A stretch of 64,000 bases of DNA, taken from IMG/VR virus record IMGVR_UViG_3300044673_000327, positions 21,289 to 85,288 of that record; one strand, 5' to 3'. Below the pieces are notes generated by a model. The model was given only the letters and a program-made list of their open reading frames with translations. It ran no database searches and was not told the origin of the DNA. This DNA comes from a virus. This document shows positions 9,279 through 18,660 of the stretch, piece by piece; within the stretch, counting starts at the first letter, position 1; each line of letters begins with the position of its first letter. Both the position numbers and the translations under genes were made by a program.

Positions 9279-10901
9279 CTACCCGATCACGTTCGGTAAA
9301 AGATCGATGTACTCGTATTTCTGCCCCGAGAAAACCATCACCCCGAAATTCTGGTAGCGGGGATTATCTCCAGAGGCGTTCCCGAAAACCACCGTACCGA
9401 GGGTGACGCGGATACTCCTCTCGGTCGTCGCGGTGAACGTTCCCCGAATACTACCGTCTACCCCGACCCGAACACTACCGTCTACCGCCTTTCTCGCCGA
9501 CGCGAAGATCGCCGCGGGTTGAATCCCTACCCGGATACTGCCGTCCACCCCTTCGCGTCTCGCCCTGACGAACGATCGAACTAGGGTATCGGAGAAGGTC
9601 AATCGACGTTGGGAGACATCGAGGGAGGTTATCGAGCCGGTATGGGGACTTAGGGAAAGGGAATCGATGGTATCTTCTAGATCGATTCTCCGATTGGATA
9701 GATCTAGGGTTTGTGATGACGAGGTATTGCTGTAACTATCGAGAGGAGAGAAAGGTTCCTCGATAAACCCGTAAGAGAGAGAATCGGATGGAGCTTCGAT
9801 AACGACATCGGGGCTGTAATGACGGTAGGGTTCACTCCCCCCGTACTCCCATTCGGTGAGGGGACGGTAACGGGTTCCTCCCGAAAGCGATACTACCCGA
9901 CGGTTCGGAAAAACGTGGGTAACATCGGGGAGATAGGTTCCCGTCGTGTTGATCGTCCAGTAAGTACGGGTTATCTTCTCCCGATCCCGTATCGGTAACT
10001 GCCAGTAAACCCATTGACGATCGCTTGCGTTAGGGGTTCTCCACCAATAGGTATTAGCGATCGAGGGATCGAGTTGTCGGGGAAAGAACGTGAGTTTCCC
10101 GATCCAGTAATCGGGGTTATCGCCGTAGCCCCCGACGATACCCGTCCCGGTGAAGAAAGACGTGGGAATGGTATAGATGAGAAGTTCATCGAATAACAGT
10201 TCATCTCCCACGGGTGTCGCCTTGACGATGATGGGTTTACTTCTCTCGATCGCCCCACCCCCGGAAGCGGAGGAAGGCAATACCAATTTCGGTAGAGCGG
10301 TATTGTCGGAGAAGAAAATCTGACGGAATCCCGAGATCTGTTTCCACTCGAACTCGTCCTCATCGGGTATCCAGTTCGAGGATAGGTCGATCGCTCTCTC
10401 TTCTCCCTCGGGCAATTCGGGATAGATAGCCTCGCCCCGCTCGGTGTTCTCGTCCCCGATTAGTTGATAGATCGCACCTCCGAAGATCGTTAGGGTTCTC
10501 AAAAACTTGATATTGACGTTCCGAACGGTACGAACCACCTTCCAGAAGTTATCGGGGGAGTTGTTCGTCACGAAGAAATATTCCGTCTCCCCTACCAATC
10601 GAATCTCATCGTAGGGCTTCTCGTCGATACGGGCGATGAAGGTGTTATAGATAGCCCGCTCGTACCGCGCCTGTTGGCTATCCCGGTTATATTGCTGGTT
10701 CGGGGTATCGGGATCTTGCCGACGGAACAATAGGGGAGATGGATTCTCCACCACCCGCTCGGGCATACCCCCGAGTGCTTTCTGCTCGCTATACGGACTC
10801 GGCTCTACCTTGAAAGAGGTTTTATTCCCTTGCCCCGTCTGCCATACCGATTTAATCTTGCCCCGGTTCTTGCCCGTGTTCCCGTTAAAACTACTGCCCA
10901 T
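9279..10901 (-). CDS. putative virion structural protein
   Basis: 540 aa in tail cluster; VDGS(I/V)R repeats near C-terminus. Confidence 0.55.
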   Translation of the reverse strand: MGSSFNGNTGKNRGKIKSVWQTGQGNKTSFKVEPSPYSEQKALGGMPERVVENPSPLLFRRQDPDTPNQQYNRDSQQARYERAIYNTFIARIDEKPYDEIRLVGETEYFFVTNNSPDNFWKVVRTVRNVNIKFLRTLTIFGGAIYQLIGDENTERGEAIYPELPEGEERAIDLSSNWIPDEDEFEWKQISGFRQIFFSDNTALPKLVLPSSASGGGAIERSKPIIVKATPVGDELLFDELLIYTIPTSFFTGTGIVGGYGDNPDYWIGKLTFFPRQLDPSIANTYWWRTPNASDRQWVYWQLPIRDREKITRTYWTINTTGTYLPDVTHVFPNRRVVSLSGGTRYRPLTEWEYGGSEPYRHYSPDVVIEAPSDSLSYGFIEEPFSPLDSYSNTSSSQTLDLSNRRIDLEDTIDSLSLSPHTGSITSLDVSQRRLTFSDTLVRSFVRARREGVDGSIRVGIQPAAIFASARKAVDGSVRVGVDGSIRGTFTATTERSIRVTLGTVVFGNASGDNPRYQNFGVMVFSGQKYEYIDLLPNVIG

Positions 10902-10984
10902 AAAAGAAAGAAAAGAGAGAAGAGGAGAGAGTTGATTTATCTTTTTCTCTTTATCCCCGAGTATTTTTCCTTCCCCCTAGACCG

Positions 10985-10994
10985 TAGGAAAACT
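10985..10994 (+). promoter_or_regulatory. class 3 (late-type) motif TAGGAAAACT
   Basis: leader nearly identical to that at 54006-54050. Confidence 0.65.
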
Positions 10995-11029
10995 AAAGGA
11001 TTTGAAATTCATTCATTCCTTCCTCTCCT

Positions 11030-11530
11030 ATGGTCGCCTTATCCCCCCTCGACAAAGAACGCGCCCGGTTCCATCTCGGACTATCCTCGACCGCCAATAT
11101 AGACTCGGGAGACATCGCCCGTTTCGAGGACGGGGTCAAACAGATCCCCTCGGACTATATCAAAACCAAGATCAAAGAACTTCTCGATCGCCTCGACAAG
11201 ACTTACGAGAATCTCGACCTCATCACCAACGACGGTCGAAGTGTCTCGGAAATCTACGCGGGGGATATTAACCGAACGGTCATCCGTAAAGAAGAACGCG
11301 AGCAACAACAGATCTGGTGGGCGGAGTACATGAAACTCACCGACAGGTTAGCCCAAACCCTCGCCTGTGCCAACTATAATCACGAGGGGATGGATCGCTA
11401 TAAGCATAGTGCCTTCCCCACGGGTGTGACCGTCTCTACCATGCCCGGAGCGGCGGATACCTCGATAGCCTCCCGAGTGGTAGCCAAGAGAATATTCCCC
11501 GCTCTCAGTTGTGATTTCGGGTATTTGTAG
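11030..11530 (+). CDS. putative head-tail adaptor/neck protein
   Basis: helical 166 aa with DKERARFHLG N-terminus; late-type promoter. Confidence 0.45.
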   Translation: MVALSPLDKERARFHLGLSSTANIDSGDIARFEDGVKQIPSDYIKTKIKELLDRLDKTYENLDLITNDGRSVSEIYAGDINRTVIRKEEREQQQIWWAEYMKLTDRLAQTLACANYNHEGMDRYKHSAFPTGVTVSTMPGAADTSIASRVVAKRIFPALSCDFGYL

Positions 11531-11594
11531 AGTCAGGAACGAGATCGGATTCAAGATAGAATATAGTCAATCTATTATTCTTTTTGGCTTATAC

Positions 11595-12050
11595 ATGTCT
11601 CTCAACGTCCCGAATACAGAACCGATCTTTCCCGATAAGGTATTGGAGTGGAACGCTACCCTAACGACAGAGGTAGCCCCCCGCGTTATCACGACACAGA
11701 CCCCGAAACAACTCGGGACGATGGGAGCTAACGGGGGATTCATTCACTCGATCGTTCTCACCCCCCGCGGTAACTGTGCCGCTACCGTGTTCCGTCTCTA
11801 CAAATCGATGCAGGAGAATAACGCCACGGTTTATAAGCTCCTGCTGGAGACGACCCTACCCGAGATCACCAACGCCTCCGAAGCGGCGGGATTGGCGAGC
11901 GTCAACGTCACCCTACCCGAGGTCAAGACGGGAGGGGCGACCCAGAACAAGATCGATTGTCCGAGTGACGCGGTTTACTTTTGCGCCCTCGGTACGGCGA
12001 CCAACGCCAACACCGGCTATAACGTTTGGGTTAGAGGGGGGATGTATTGA
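11595..12050 (+). CDS. small structural protein (likely paralog of 4044..4460)
   Basis: shared G..G.IxsI.vT and NVxVxGxxY C-terminus; ATG at 11595. Confidence 0.55.
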   Translation: MSLNVPNTEPIFPDKVLEWNATLTTEVAPRVITTQTPKQLGTMGANGGFIHSIVLTPRGNCAATVFRLYKSMQENNATVYKLLLETTLPEITNASEAAGLASVNVTLPEVKTGGATQNKIDCPSDAVYFCALGTATNANTGYNVWVRGGMY

Positions 12051-12226
12051 TCCGCGATCATTCCGTAACATACGGATAGATAGAAGGTAGATCGTAGCGT
12101 TACTATCGGGTATCCACTCTCCGATATCCATGCGTTACGACCCTACACCCGACGAGTATATCCTGACTATTCTGGTAATCTTAATGGAGATCTCGATCGT
12201 CATCCTGTTATTGACTTAATCGATCG

Positions 12227-12374
12227 AGTAGGGCGATAGGCTGGAATCGAACCAGCGCGGGTATTTAATCCCTCGCATCTTTTAGCGATAGCTCCGAAAC
12301 CGATCGCACACCGCATCAAGATTAAGCTTACAGATCCATTCTGCTCTACGCCAATTCTATAGTAGCATATACCC
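12227..12374 (-). ncRNA. tRNA-like element / degenerate tRNA
   Basis: perfect T-arm GCTGG-TTCGATT-CCAGC followed by CTATCGC-C-CTA; D and anticodon arms not canonical; 5' end uncertain. Confidence 0.45.
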
Positions 12375-12416
12375 TTCGGCAAAGCTTATAATTATTAAAA
12401 AGGTTGGAGCCTTTCA

Positions 12417-12638
12417 GTGATGTTAAAACGATTGATTCGGCTACTCGGTAATATTTTTTACCCATTATACAAATCGCAAGAGAACGAGCTAGAAGATATA
12501 TCGAATTATATCTCCATCGATCCTATTGAAGACCGATTTCGAGAACTGGAAAGAGAATTTACTTCACGAAAACCAGAAACCTACAGGGGTGATATAAATA
12601 GAGAACCCTTAAAAAAGATCGACAAGGATAATGTATAA
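12417..12638 (+). CDS. hypothetical protein
   Basis: 73-aa ORF. Confidence 0.55.
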   Translation: MMLKRLIRLLGNIFYPLYKSQENELEDISNYISIDPIEDRFRELEREFTSRKPETYRGDINREPLKKIDKDNV

Positions 12639-12924
12639 AATAACTCACACATCTTTGCGATACGGAGAAGTTTCGGATGAAACCGAATATTACGCTAGAG
12701 ATGAATCGGAACGAGACGAGATCGTGACCCACCTTCTCGATCGCGCTAAAAACGCGGGAGACATAGAGTATTCACTGGAAGATAAACCCTGTAAACCTAC
12801 CGATCGATGGGATAGAGTTTACTGGACTTTTGAAACAATAGACTTACCGAAATGGGGATATACTATTCGTGTAAAAACGATTCACTTCGGATTAAATAGA
12901 AATGAGTTGAGTTTTAATCTATAG
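12631..12924 (+). CDS. hypothetical protein
   Basis: 97-aa ORF with AAGGA SD. Confidence 0.65.
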   Translation: MYKITHTSLRYGEVSDETEYYARDESERDEIVTHLLDRAKNAGDIEYSLEDKPCKPTDRWDRVYWTFETIDLPKWGYTIRVKTIHFGLNRNELSFNL

Positions 12925-14056
12925 GCAACCATCCCTCGGGAAAACCCATCATCATCCGAACGAATTCGGGATTGAGTTTATCGTTATGTTTACGATCGGT
13001 GTAGGGTACTCTCCAAGGTACGAGAGCGTGGGGGAGGTGTTTATTATTACCGGGTTTCCAACTCCTATGACCGGGATGAATCGAATTACAGGAGAGAGGG
13101 GTCGGTAAATAAAATTTATCCTTGACCCGAACGGGATCGCCCCATTTGGAGGATTGAAAGATAGGAAATTGTCCGAACACGGGACTTAATACACCTTCGG
13201 ATGGCATTAATCCGAGGTCGCTTAAGCGATGTGTTTGAATAAAACTCGCCCTGTAAAATACCTCTTCTCGATCGTGTAGATGTTTGTGAAATCTCTTCCA
13301 TACCCGACTCGCCACCCGCGGGACGATCGCGTTACCGTAGGCTTTCAGATGCGCTTTACGGTAGGGTTTATCCTCGGTATCGCAGGAGATGGGCAAGTAG
13401 TTCTCTAATCCCTCGTGGGTTAGCAGAGACCTCTCGATAAGAGGAGAGGAAGGAAGGAAAGAGTTTTTATTTTTCTCTTTAGTCGTGGGTAGCGCGGTTC
13501 TCGGGGTAGTGTCCGCGCGGTATCCCAGAACCCAGAATCGTTTTCTCAAGTGAACCGCCCCCACCTGAGCGGCGCTGTAATGCCCCCACTCGATCACGTA
13601 GGGCGTATCGAGGGCGCACAGCTTTCTAAGAAAGTTCTTAAAATATTGTCCTTTCTCGGAAGTACGGAACCCGGCGACGTTCTCCAAGAGGAATCCAGAA
13701 GGCTTACATTCTCCGACCAGACGGATAAACTCGTCACCGAGATCCCGTTCGTCCCCGCTCCCCTTGCGGTAACTGCCCGACGCTTGAGAGTGGGGCTGAC
13801 AGGGGATAGAGGCTTGAATGATGTCGTATTCCCCCTCGGATAGGGATACCTGTCGCACGTCCCCGAGGACGGGTTTCTTGAAGTTCTCGGACAAAACACG
13901 AGAGCAGAACGGGTCGTTATCGCAATAGGTCGTGACCTCGTAGCGATCGTCCAGACCGGAGTGAATCAGTCCGAGGGTAAAACCGCCGATACCGGAGGCG
14001 AGATCGAGAACGCGGTAGGGCTGGTGGAGAGAGGGATTGGAGCGGGGAGACGGCAT
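12914..14056 (-). CDS. DNA (cytosine-5) methyltransferase
   Basis: VLDLASGIGG, PCQ, ENV, RKR, YGNAIVP, LNPxxxxxMMGFP motifs. Confidence 0.9.
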   Translation of the reverse strand: MPSPRSNPSLHQPYRVLDLASGIGGFTLGLIHSGLDDRYEVTTYCDNDPFCSRVLSENFKKPVLGDVRQVSLSEGEYDIIQASIPCQPHSQASGSYRKGSGDERDLGDEFIRLVGECKPSGFLLENVAGFRTSEKGQYFKNFLRKLCALDTPYVIEWGHYSAAQVGAVHLRKRFWVLGYRADTTPRTALPTTKEKNKNSFLPSSPLIERSLLTHEGLENYLPISCDTEDKPYRKAHLKAYGNAIVPRVASRVWKRFHKHLHDREEVFYRASFIQTHRLSDLGLMPSEGVLSPVFGQFPIFQSSKWGDPVRVKDKFYLPTPLSCNSIHPGHRSWKPGNNKHLPHALVPWRVPYTDRKHNDKLNPEFVRMMMGFPEGWLPID

Positions 14057-14148
14057 AACGGGGAGGCAAGAGCGCGACCCCGTTAATTCTTCCTATGTTT
14101 ATCCGAACCCTCGGAAGAATAGATCGGGTAGTTCCCGATCGATAAACC

Positions 14149-14388
14149 ATGCCCTATATCCCCGATCGCTCCGAAGCTTCAGCTAACGATCGCTATTCCA
14201 CGACTCTCGGGTTCGCCTCTCAGGTGATCGGTTGGCTCGTTCTCGGACTCTCTTTCTTTACCCCCGTATCCGATGCGACGAGGATCGCTATCTCCCAAGC
14301 CGTCATCGGTCAATCGATCGGTGGGGGAATCCTCGCCCGATCGAATAAGTTCACGAATTCCTCCCAGAACCCCGACCCTAACCCCTAG
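14149..14388 (+). CDS. putative holin
   Basis: 79 aa with two hydrophobic segments, directly upstream of lysin. Confidence 0.5.
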   Translation: MPYIPDRSEASANDRYSTTLGFASQVIGWLVLGLSFFTPVSDATRIAISQAVIGQSIGGGILARSNKFTNSSQNPDPNP

Positions 14389-14456
14389 AGAAATAAATAA
14401 ATCTCTTTCCTTCCTTCCTTCGCGAATAATCTCTCCATCACACGAGTAACCTAATC

Positions 14457-15146
14457 ATGAAGATTACAGCCACCACCCCGACCTTTCTCAAGAAAAAGCC
14501 CATCCAATCTACCGAATTACCCGATAGTCAGAAAGTCGAGGTAGAGAAGGACAAGACCTACCCGATACTCAAGATCTCCGACGAGAGAGAGGGACATCGA
14601 TTCGTAGAACTGGAACACTCCGCGGGCAGTTGGTGGATCTTCTCTAATCACTGGAAGATCGAGAACGAGGACGATAAACCCGAGACTCCCGACGGACAGT
14701 TCACGGGTATCGTCACCGCTACCTTCACGATGAATCTCAAAAAAACCCGATCGCTCGTAGAGGGATTACTGACTTTCAAACGGGGGAATATCAAACTCCT
14801 TGAGGTGGTCGCCACATCGGGAGCGCCGGGTTTTCAGTACGAGGGCGCGTGGACTATCAAGGGAAGAGGTTGTATCCCCCCAGCTAAAGACTGGAAGATC
14901 TCGACCAACGGTTACTATCTCCCGACGAAAGGGATCGAGGGACAGTTCTACCACATCACTCCCGACCCCCGATTCGGCAGAAGTCAACTCGGACTGCATC
15001 GCGATTCCAACTACGATCGCTCCCCCGGTTCCGCTGGTTGTATCGTGGTTATCGATAGCGACATCTTTAACCGTCGGGTCGTTCCCCTGTTCGATGGGTT
15101 AAAGAAAACTCAAGCGAACGTGAACCTCTCGGTGGTTTACTCGTGA
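14457..15146 (+). CDS. putative endolysin, L,D-transpeptidase/Tlde1-like catalytic domain
   Basis: GLH...PGSAGCI His/Cys motif; N-terminal TxLKKKPIQSxEL domain seen in cyanobacterial cell-wall hydrolases. Confidence 0.7.
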   Translation: MKITATTPTFLKKKPIQSTELPDSQKVEVEKDKTYPILKISDEREGHRFVELEHSAGSWWIFSNHWKIENEDDKPETPDGQFTGIVTATFTMNLKKTRSLVEGLLTFKRGNIKLLEVVATSGAPGFQYEGAWTIKGRGCIPPAKDWKISTNGYYLPTKGIEGQFYHITPDPRFGRSQLGLHRDSNYDRSPGSAGCIVVIDSDIFNRRVVPLFDGLKKTQANVNLSVVYS

Positions 15147-15189
15147 GTCTACCGATCGCCGTAATCTCTTTCGAGGTGAGATGAAATTA

Positions 15190-15909
15190 TTAAAGTCTTC
15201 GCAAAAAACCTAACCCGTTTAATTCAAAATATACTTCATTAACTTCGTCTTCACTAACCAAGCCTTGTCGATGTAGCTCTATCAGCCTATCGAAGGGAGT
15301 TAAGTCATCTTGGGACTGGTTTACTACTCGATCGTAAATAGATTGTACCCGATCTTCTCGCGTTGCCTTATTTTGGTACACTTTCTCCGATTCCTCGCTT
15401 CCCTTAAACCGAATTCCCTCGATAGAACCTATCGGCACTTCCCGACCGGGATTCATATAGGGTAAGGTATGTTGGTTGAAATAGGGATCGGAGGCGAGTG
15501 GTTCGGGAAGAATGAATAGATCGGCGGAAGCCACCTTATATTTTTCTTGGTAGGGAAGAATAGAATTTTCCCCATAATATCTTTTATCAATTCTCCGCAC
15601 TTGTGAAGCGATATTCGATAATCTTTTATGAGAGGTCGGTAGATCTGAAGAGTTCGCAAGAATTTGTTCTTGTAAATAATTTAATACCTCTCCGTTGTGT
15701 TTATAAATATTTCTACCCGAGGGAGGTTGGAAAGCCATACCGAAAGCGGGAACTTTTACAGCCTCGTAACTATTCGCGGGAACCGTCACCGCGTTATCGG
15801 CTTGCATCTTGAGAATATCGACGGCGTTGGGATCTTCAACGATAAAGGCGCGGGCTGTCGGTTCGATATGTTCTAGAGTCTGGTTTAATAATCGGAGTTT
15901 AGGGTTCAT
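15190..15909 (-). CDS. hypothetical protein under its own late-type promoter
   Basis: 239-aa ORF; TAGGAATACT at 15937-15946. Confidence 0.7.
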   Translation of the reverse strand: MNPKLRLLNQTLEHIEPTARAFIVEDPNAVDILKMQADNAVTVPANSYEAVKVPAFGMAFQPPSGRNIYKHNGEVLNYLQEQILANSSDLPTSHKRLSNIASQVRRIDKRYYGENSILPYQEKYKVASADLFILPEPLASDPYFNQHTLPYMNPGREVPIGSIEGIRFKGSEESEKVYQNKATREDRVQSIYDRVVNQSQDDLTPFDRLIELHRQGLVSEDEVNEVYFELNGLGFLRRL

Positions 15910-15936
15910 CGGGGGAAAAGATAATCGACCCCGATT

Positions 15937-15946
15937 AGTATTCCTA
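15937..15946 (-). promoter_or_regulatory. class 3 motif TAGGAATACT
   Basis: same motif before 19989, 20879 and 44890; variants before 18032 and 28594. Confidence 0.65.
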
Positions 15947-16148
15947 AAGAAAAAACCGGACGGGTTAAATCGTCCGGGTGTAGAGGTTAAACGGTGGTGA
16001 AAACTTTAGGGGGGAGAGGAAAATTCTTTCCGTTTATCTCTCCACGCTTTTGTCGGACTGTAGCCCAACTCTTCGAGGGTGTTTCGGACGCGAGGATCTA
16101 ACTCCGTCCATAACTTCATTCTCTCTATTTCCTCCACGAGTTTTTCTT

Positions 16149-16682
16149 TCACGATCCCCCCGAAAAAGTAAGACGATCCTTAACTAACTCCCATCGAATA
16201 TTCTGACGGATCTTGGAACTGACGATCTCCTGTAACTGCTCGAACGAGGTATATCCTCCCTCGGGTTTGTTCTCGATTATCGCCCGAATACTCTGACGAC
16301 CCAAACCGGGTAAGGATTTAGCGATCGCCTCGATCTGCTTGATCGTGATGGTATTGGGATCGATCTTCGGGGTTAGATCGGGCAACGGTTGACTCGGGGG
16401 TAAGGCGGGACGGCTCGGGGCGGGATCGATCGATTGACGTTCTTCCACGATCTCCGCGTCGATAACATCCCCCACCCCGATCCGAACGGTTAACTCCCCG
16501 CTAGTGGGGTAAGGACTCATCGCGGGAGGGACATCGGGAAGATCGGAAAACTCCCCGAGCGGTCTTCCCTCGATCAGCCCCGTGTGAGGATGACGGAAGT
16601 TGATATGACTGGAGTAGATAGCCAGTACCTCTACCGCCATCCCGTTCCAGTATTTGATAATTTGCCCCTGTCCCTCGCTCAT
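16149..16682 (-). CDS. helix-hairpin-helix (ComEA-like) DNA-binding protein
   Basis: IDPNT...LPGLGRQSIRAIIEN..GGYTSFEQL. Confidence 0.7.
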   Translation of the reverse strand: MSEGQGQIIKYWNGMAVEVLAIYSSHINFRHPHTGLIEGRPLGEFSDLPDVPPAMSPYPTSGELTVRIGVGDVIDAEIVEERQSIDPAPSRPALPPSQPLPDLTPKIDPNTITIKQIEAIAKSLPGLGRQSIRAIIENKPEGGYTSFEQLQEIVSSKIRQNIRWELVKDRLTFSGGS

Positions 16683-16719
16683 CGATCGCTCCCGTTAATA
16701 GATACACCCCGATCTCGAT

Positions 16720-17367
16720 CTACGACCAAAGAATCCCCTCGTTACGCCGGGTGACTTCTGCCGGGTTGGGAACCCTCCGGATCTTACCCGCGATCCAGAC
16801 GACGATCTCTAGATCTCCCCCGGTCACGCTCACCGAGGACGCGGCGGAACTAGCCTCGGTCGCGTTGCCGTCGGTGGCGAATAGTTGATACGTCACGTCG
16901 CTACTGCCTACCGATACGGGGGTGACATTCCATACCCCGTTCGTCAGGGTCGTGGAAAACGGAATATTCGCGAGGACATTAGAGGAAGCGGCGGGGGACG
17001 AGAGAAATATCCCCGCGGTGTTGGTGGTTAACGTCGGGGCGAGCTTGAGTTTTCCCGCCGCCGTGGTGTGAGTGAGCGATCGGTTATTGCGGGCTTTATT
17101 CGCGCTATCGGGAGCGTCATCGAAATAGAAACCGAGAGAGGTGATCAGGGTATTGGCGGGAACGATTAGAGCGCGGTTAGCCTCGACCCGTCCCTGACTA
17201 TCGAATCGGTGGATGTTAAAGGTAGCGGTAGCGGCGGAAGTGATCCGACAACGACCGCACCACTCGAAATACTCGAACCCATCGAATCCCCTGACGACGG
17301 GATTACGGATAGACGCGTCCATCGCGCCCGTATCCGAGGGATTAATAGATAAACCAAATGCTCCCAT
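16720..17367 (-). CDS. putative capsid decoration/structural protein
   Basis: 215 aa A/S/T-rich beta protein downstream of capsid gene. Confidence 0.5.
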   Translation of the reverse strand: MGAFGLSINPSDTGAMDASIRNPVVRGFDGFEYFEWCGRCRITSAATATFNIHRFDSQGRVEANRALIVPANTLITSLGFYFDDAPDSANKARNNRSLTHTTAAGKLKLAPTLTTNTAGIFLSSPAASSNVLANIPFSTTLTNGVWNVTPVSVGSSDVTYQLFATDGNATEASSAASSVSVTGGDLEIVVWIAGKIRRVPNPAEVTRRNEGILWS

Positions 17368-17549
17368 AGCTTTTGTCCGGTGGTAGAAAAGATAATCGAT
17401 TGACTACCTACCATCATACCCCACCGATCGCCGAAGGTTCACGGGAAAAGAGAGAGTAGAGAAACAGAACTCTCTACCCTCTCTACGATCTATTCAATAA
17501 TTTAAATTAACCTCTCCTCTCCTCTCTTTCCTTCCTCCCTAATCGATGT

Positions 17550-18032
17550 TTAGAGTAAACCCTGTTTCTTGAGGGCGAGTTGACGCATCAGTTCGGGATC
17601 GAGGGAACGCTCGGGATTCTCTACCCGGTTTAGATAGGACTCCAGAAAAGCCAGTTTGGTATCGAGGGGATCGACGGGGGTGGATTCGACGACAACGGGA
17701 TTAGAGTTGGATTTCCAATCCTCGTCGGGAAAATAATTAATCGCCATCTCCTCGCGGGGAATAGCCACGGCACGGGAGACGGTTCTCTCTTCGGTAGGGG
17801 CTACCATCACCGCTCGGGTGGTTCCCGATACGGTGCTAGGATTAACGATCCCCTTCTCGATGAGGCGTTGCCGACGGGGGTAATAATCGGCGGGCAGGGG
17901 TTTGGCGGGGATATAACCCCCGTCCATACGTTTATTGACGATGAGAGCGTCGTCGGTACGGGCGACGGCTCCCGTAGCGAGAAGTTCGTCTAGGGTCTGG
18001 GGACGGAAGCGGACATTCGGGAAGAAGGACAT
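17550..18032 (-). CDS. hypothetical protein
   Basis: 160 aa; class 3 motif at 18068-18077. Confidence 0.7.
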   Translation of the reverse strand: MSFFPNVRFRPQTLDELLATGAVARTDDALIVNKRMDGGYIPAKPLPADYYPRRQRLIEKGIVNPSTVSGTTRAVMVAPTEERTVSRAVAIPREEMAINYFPDEDWKSNSNPVVVESTPVDPLDTKLAFLESYLNRVENPERSLDPELMRQLALKKQGLL

Positions 18033-18106
18033 GGGATTACTCGGGAGTGTTATCGATAACCCCGAGTAGTTTTCCTATGTCTTTTCGATTCCCTCTAGAT
18101 CTTTTC

Positions 18107-18250
18107 CTACGCTTTCGGAACCGCCACGTTAAAACGGGGAACCGTAGCGGCGGACGGGGGAGGCGATACCGTATCGAGTACCTGACGGGGGATCAGGGGA
18201 TTGGTGAAGTTCTGGGCTTCTACCTTGAGTTTTAGATCTTTGGCTTTCAT
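18107..18250 (-). CDS. small hypothetical protein (47 aa)
   Basis: MKAKDLKLKVEAQ...; preceded by the TTCGCGAATAAT leader motif. Confidence 0.45.
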   Translation of the reverse strand: MKAKDLKLKVEAQNFTNPLIPRQVLDTVSPPPSAATVPRFNVAVPKA

Positions 18251-18390
18251 GGGGGTTATCGGTGGGGTGGAAAGATTATTCGCGAATGAAGGAGAGGAGA
18301 GGAAGGAAAGAGTTTTTCTTTCTTTATTAGGGGTGGGGTTTAAGATCTAGGGTGTAGCTCTTGCCTCTCCCGTGTGTTGGAGAGATAGGG

Positions 18391-18417
18391 GATAGCTACG
18401 CTATAGAGAGAGTGAAT
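18391..18417 (+). promoter_or_regulatory. class 2 motif
   Basis: GATAGCTACGCT-N10-TGAAT. Confidence 0.75.
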
Positions 18418-18443
18418 CGGTATTTAGTTTTCCTAGAGGTAAT

Positions 18444-18659
18444 ATGAACGAGAACAAGCGGGGATTCACGGTAGAGGAATACGATCGCCTCGGTCAGGAG
18501 TTTATCGATTCCCTGAACGATACCCAGAAACGGCAGTTGTTCGAGATGTTGGCTCACGATAACGCGATGGAACGGATAGCGGGTTATACTCCCTGTTTCA
18601 ATCACCTATTCCGTACCCTCAAGGATGAGGGAGTGGAGCCGTTACATCAACATTGGTAG
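18444..18659 (+). CDS. hypothetical protein
   Basis: 71 aa, GAGG SD, class 2 motif upstream. Confidence 0.7.
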   Translation: MNENKRGFTVEEYDRLGQEFIDSLNDTQKRQLFEMLAHDNAMERIAGYTPCFNHLFRTLKDEGVEPLHQHW

Positions 18660-18660
18660 A

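Noticed and set aside
6540-10363. Many short antisense or alternate-frame ORFs inside long genes (also 22242..22721, 38339..38920, 57776..58222, 61778..62272)
   Set aside because: Shadow ORFs of real genes with no SD, promoter box or recognisable motif
12372-12379. Additional class 1 box (CCCTTCGG)
   Set aside because: Lacks TAGGTWAG and the downstream TGTAA
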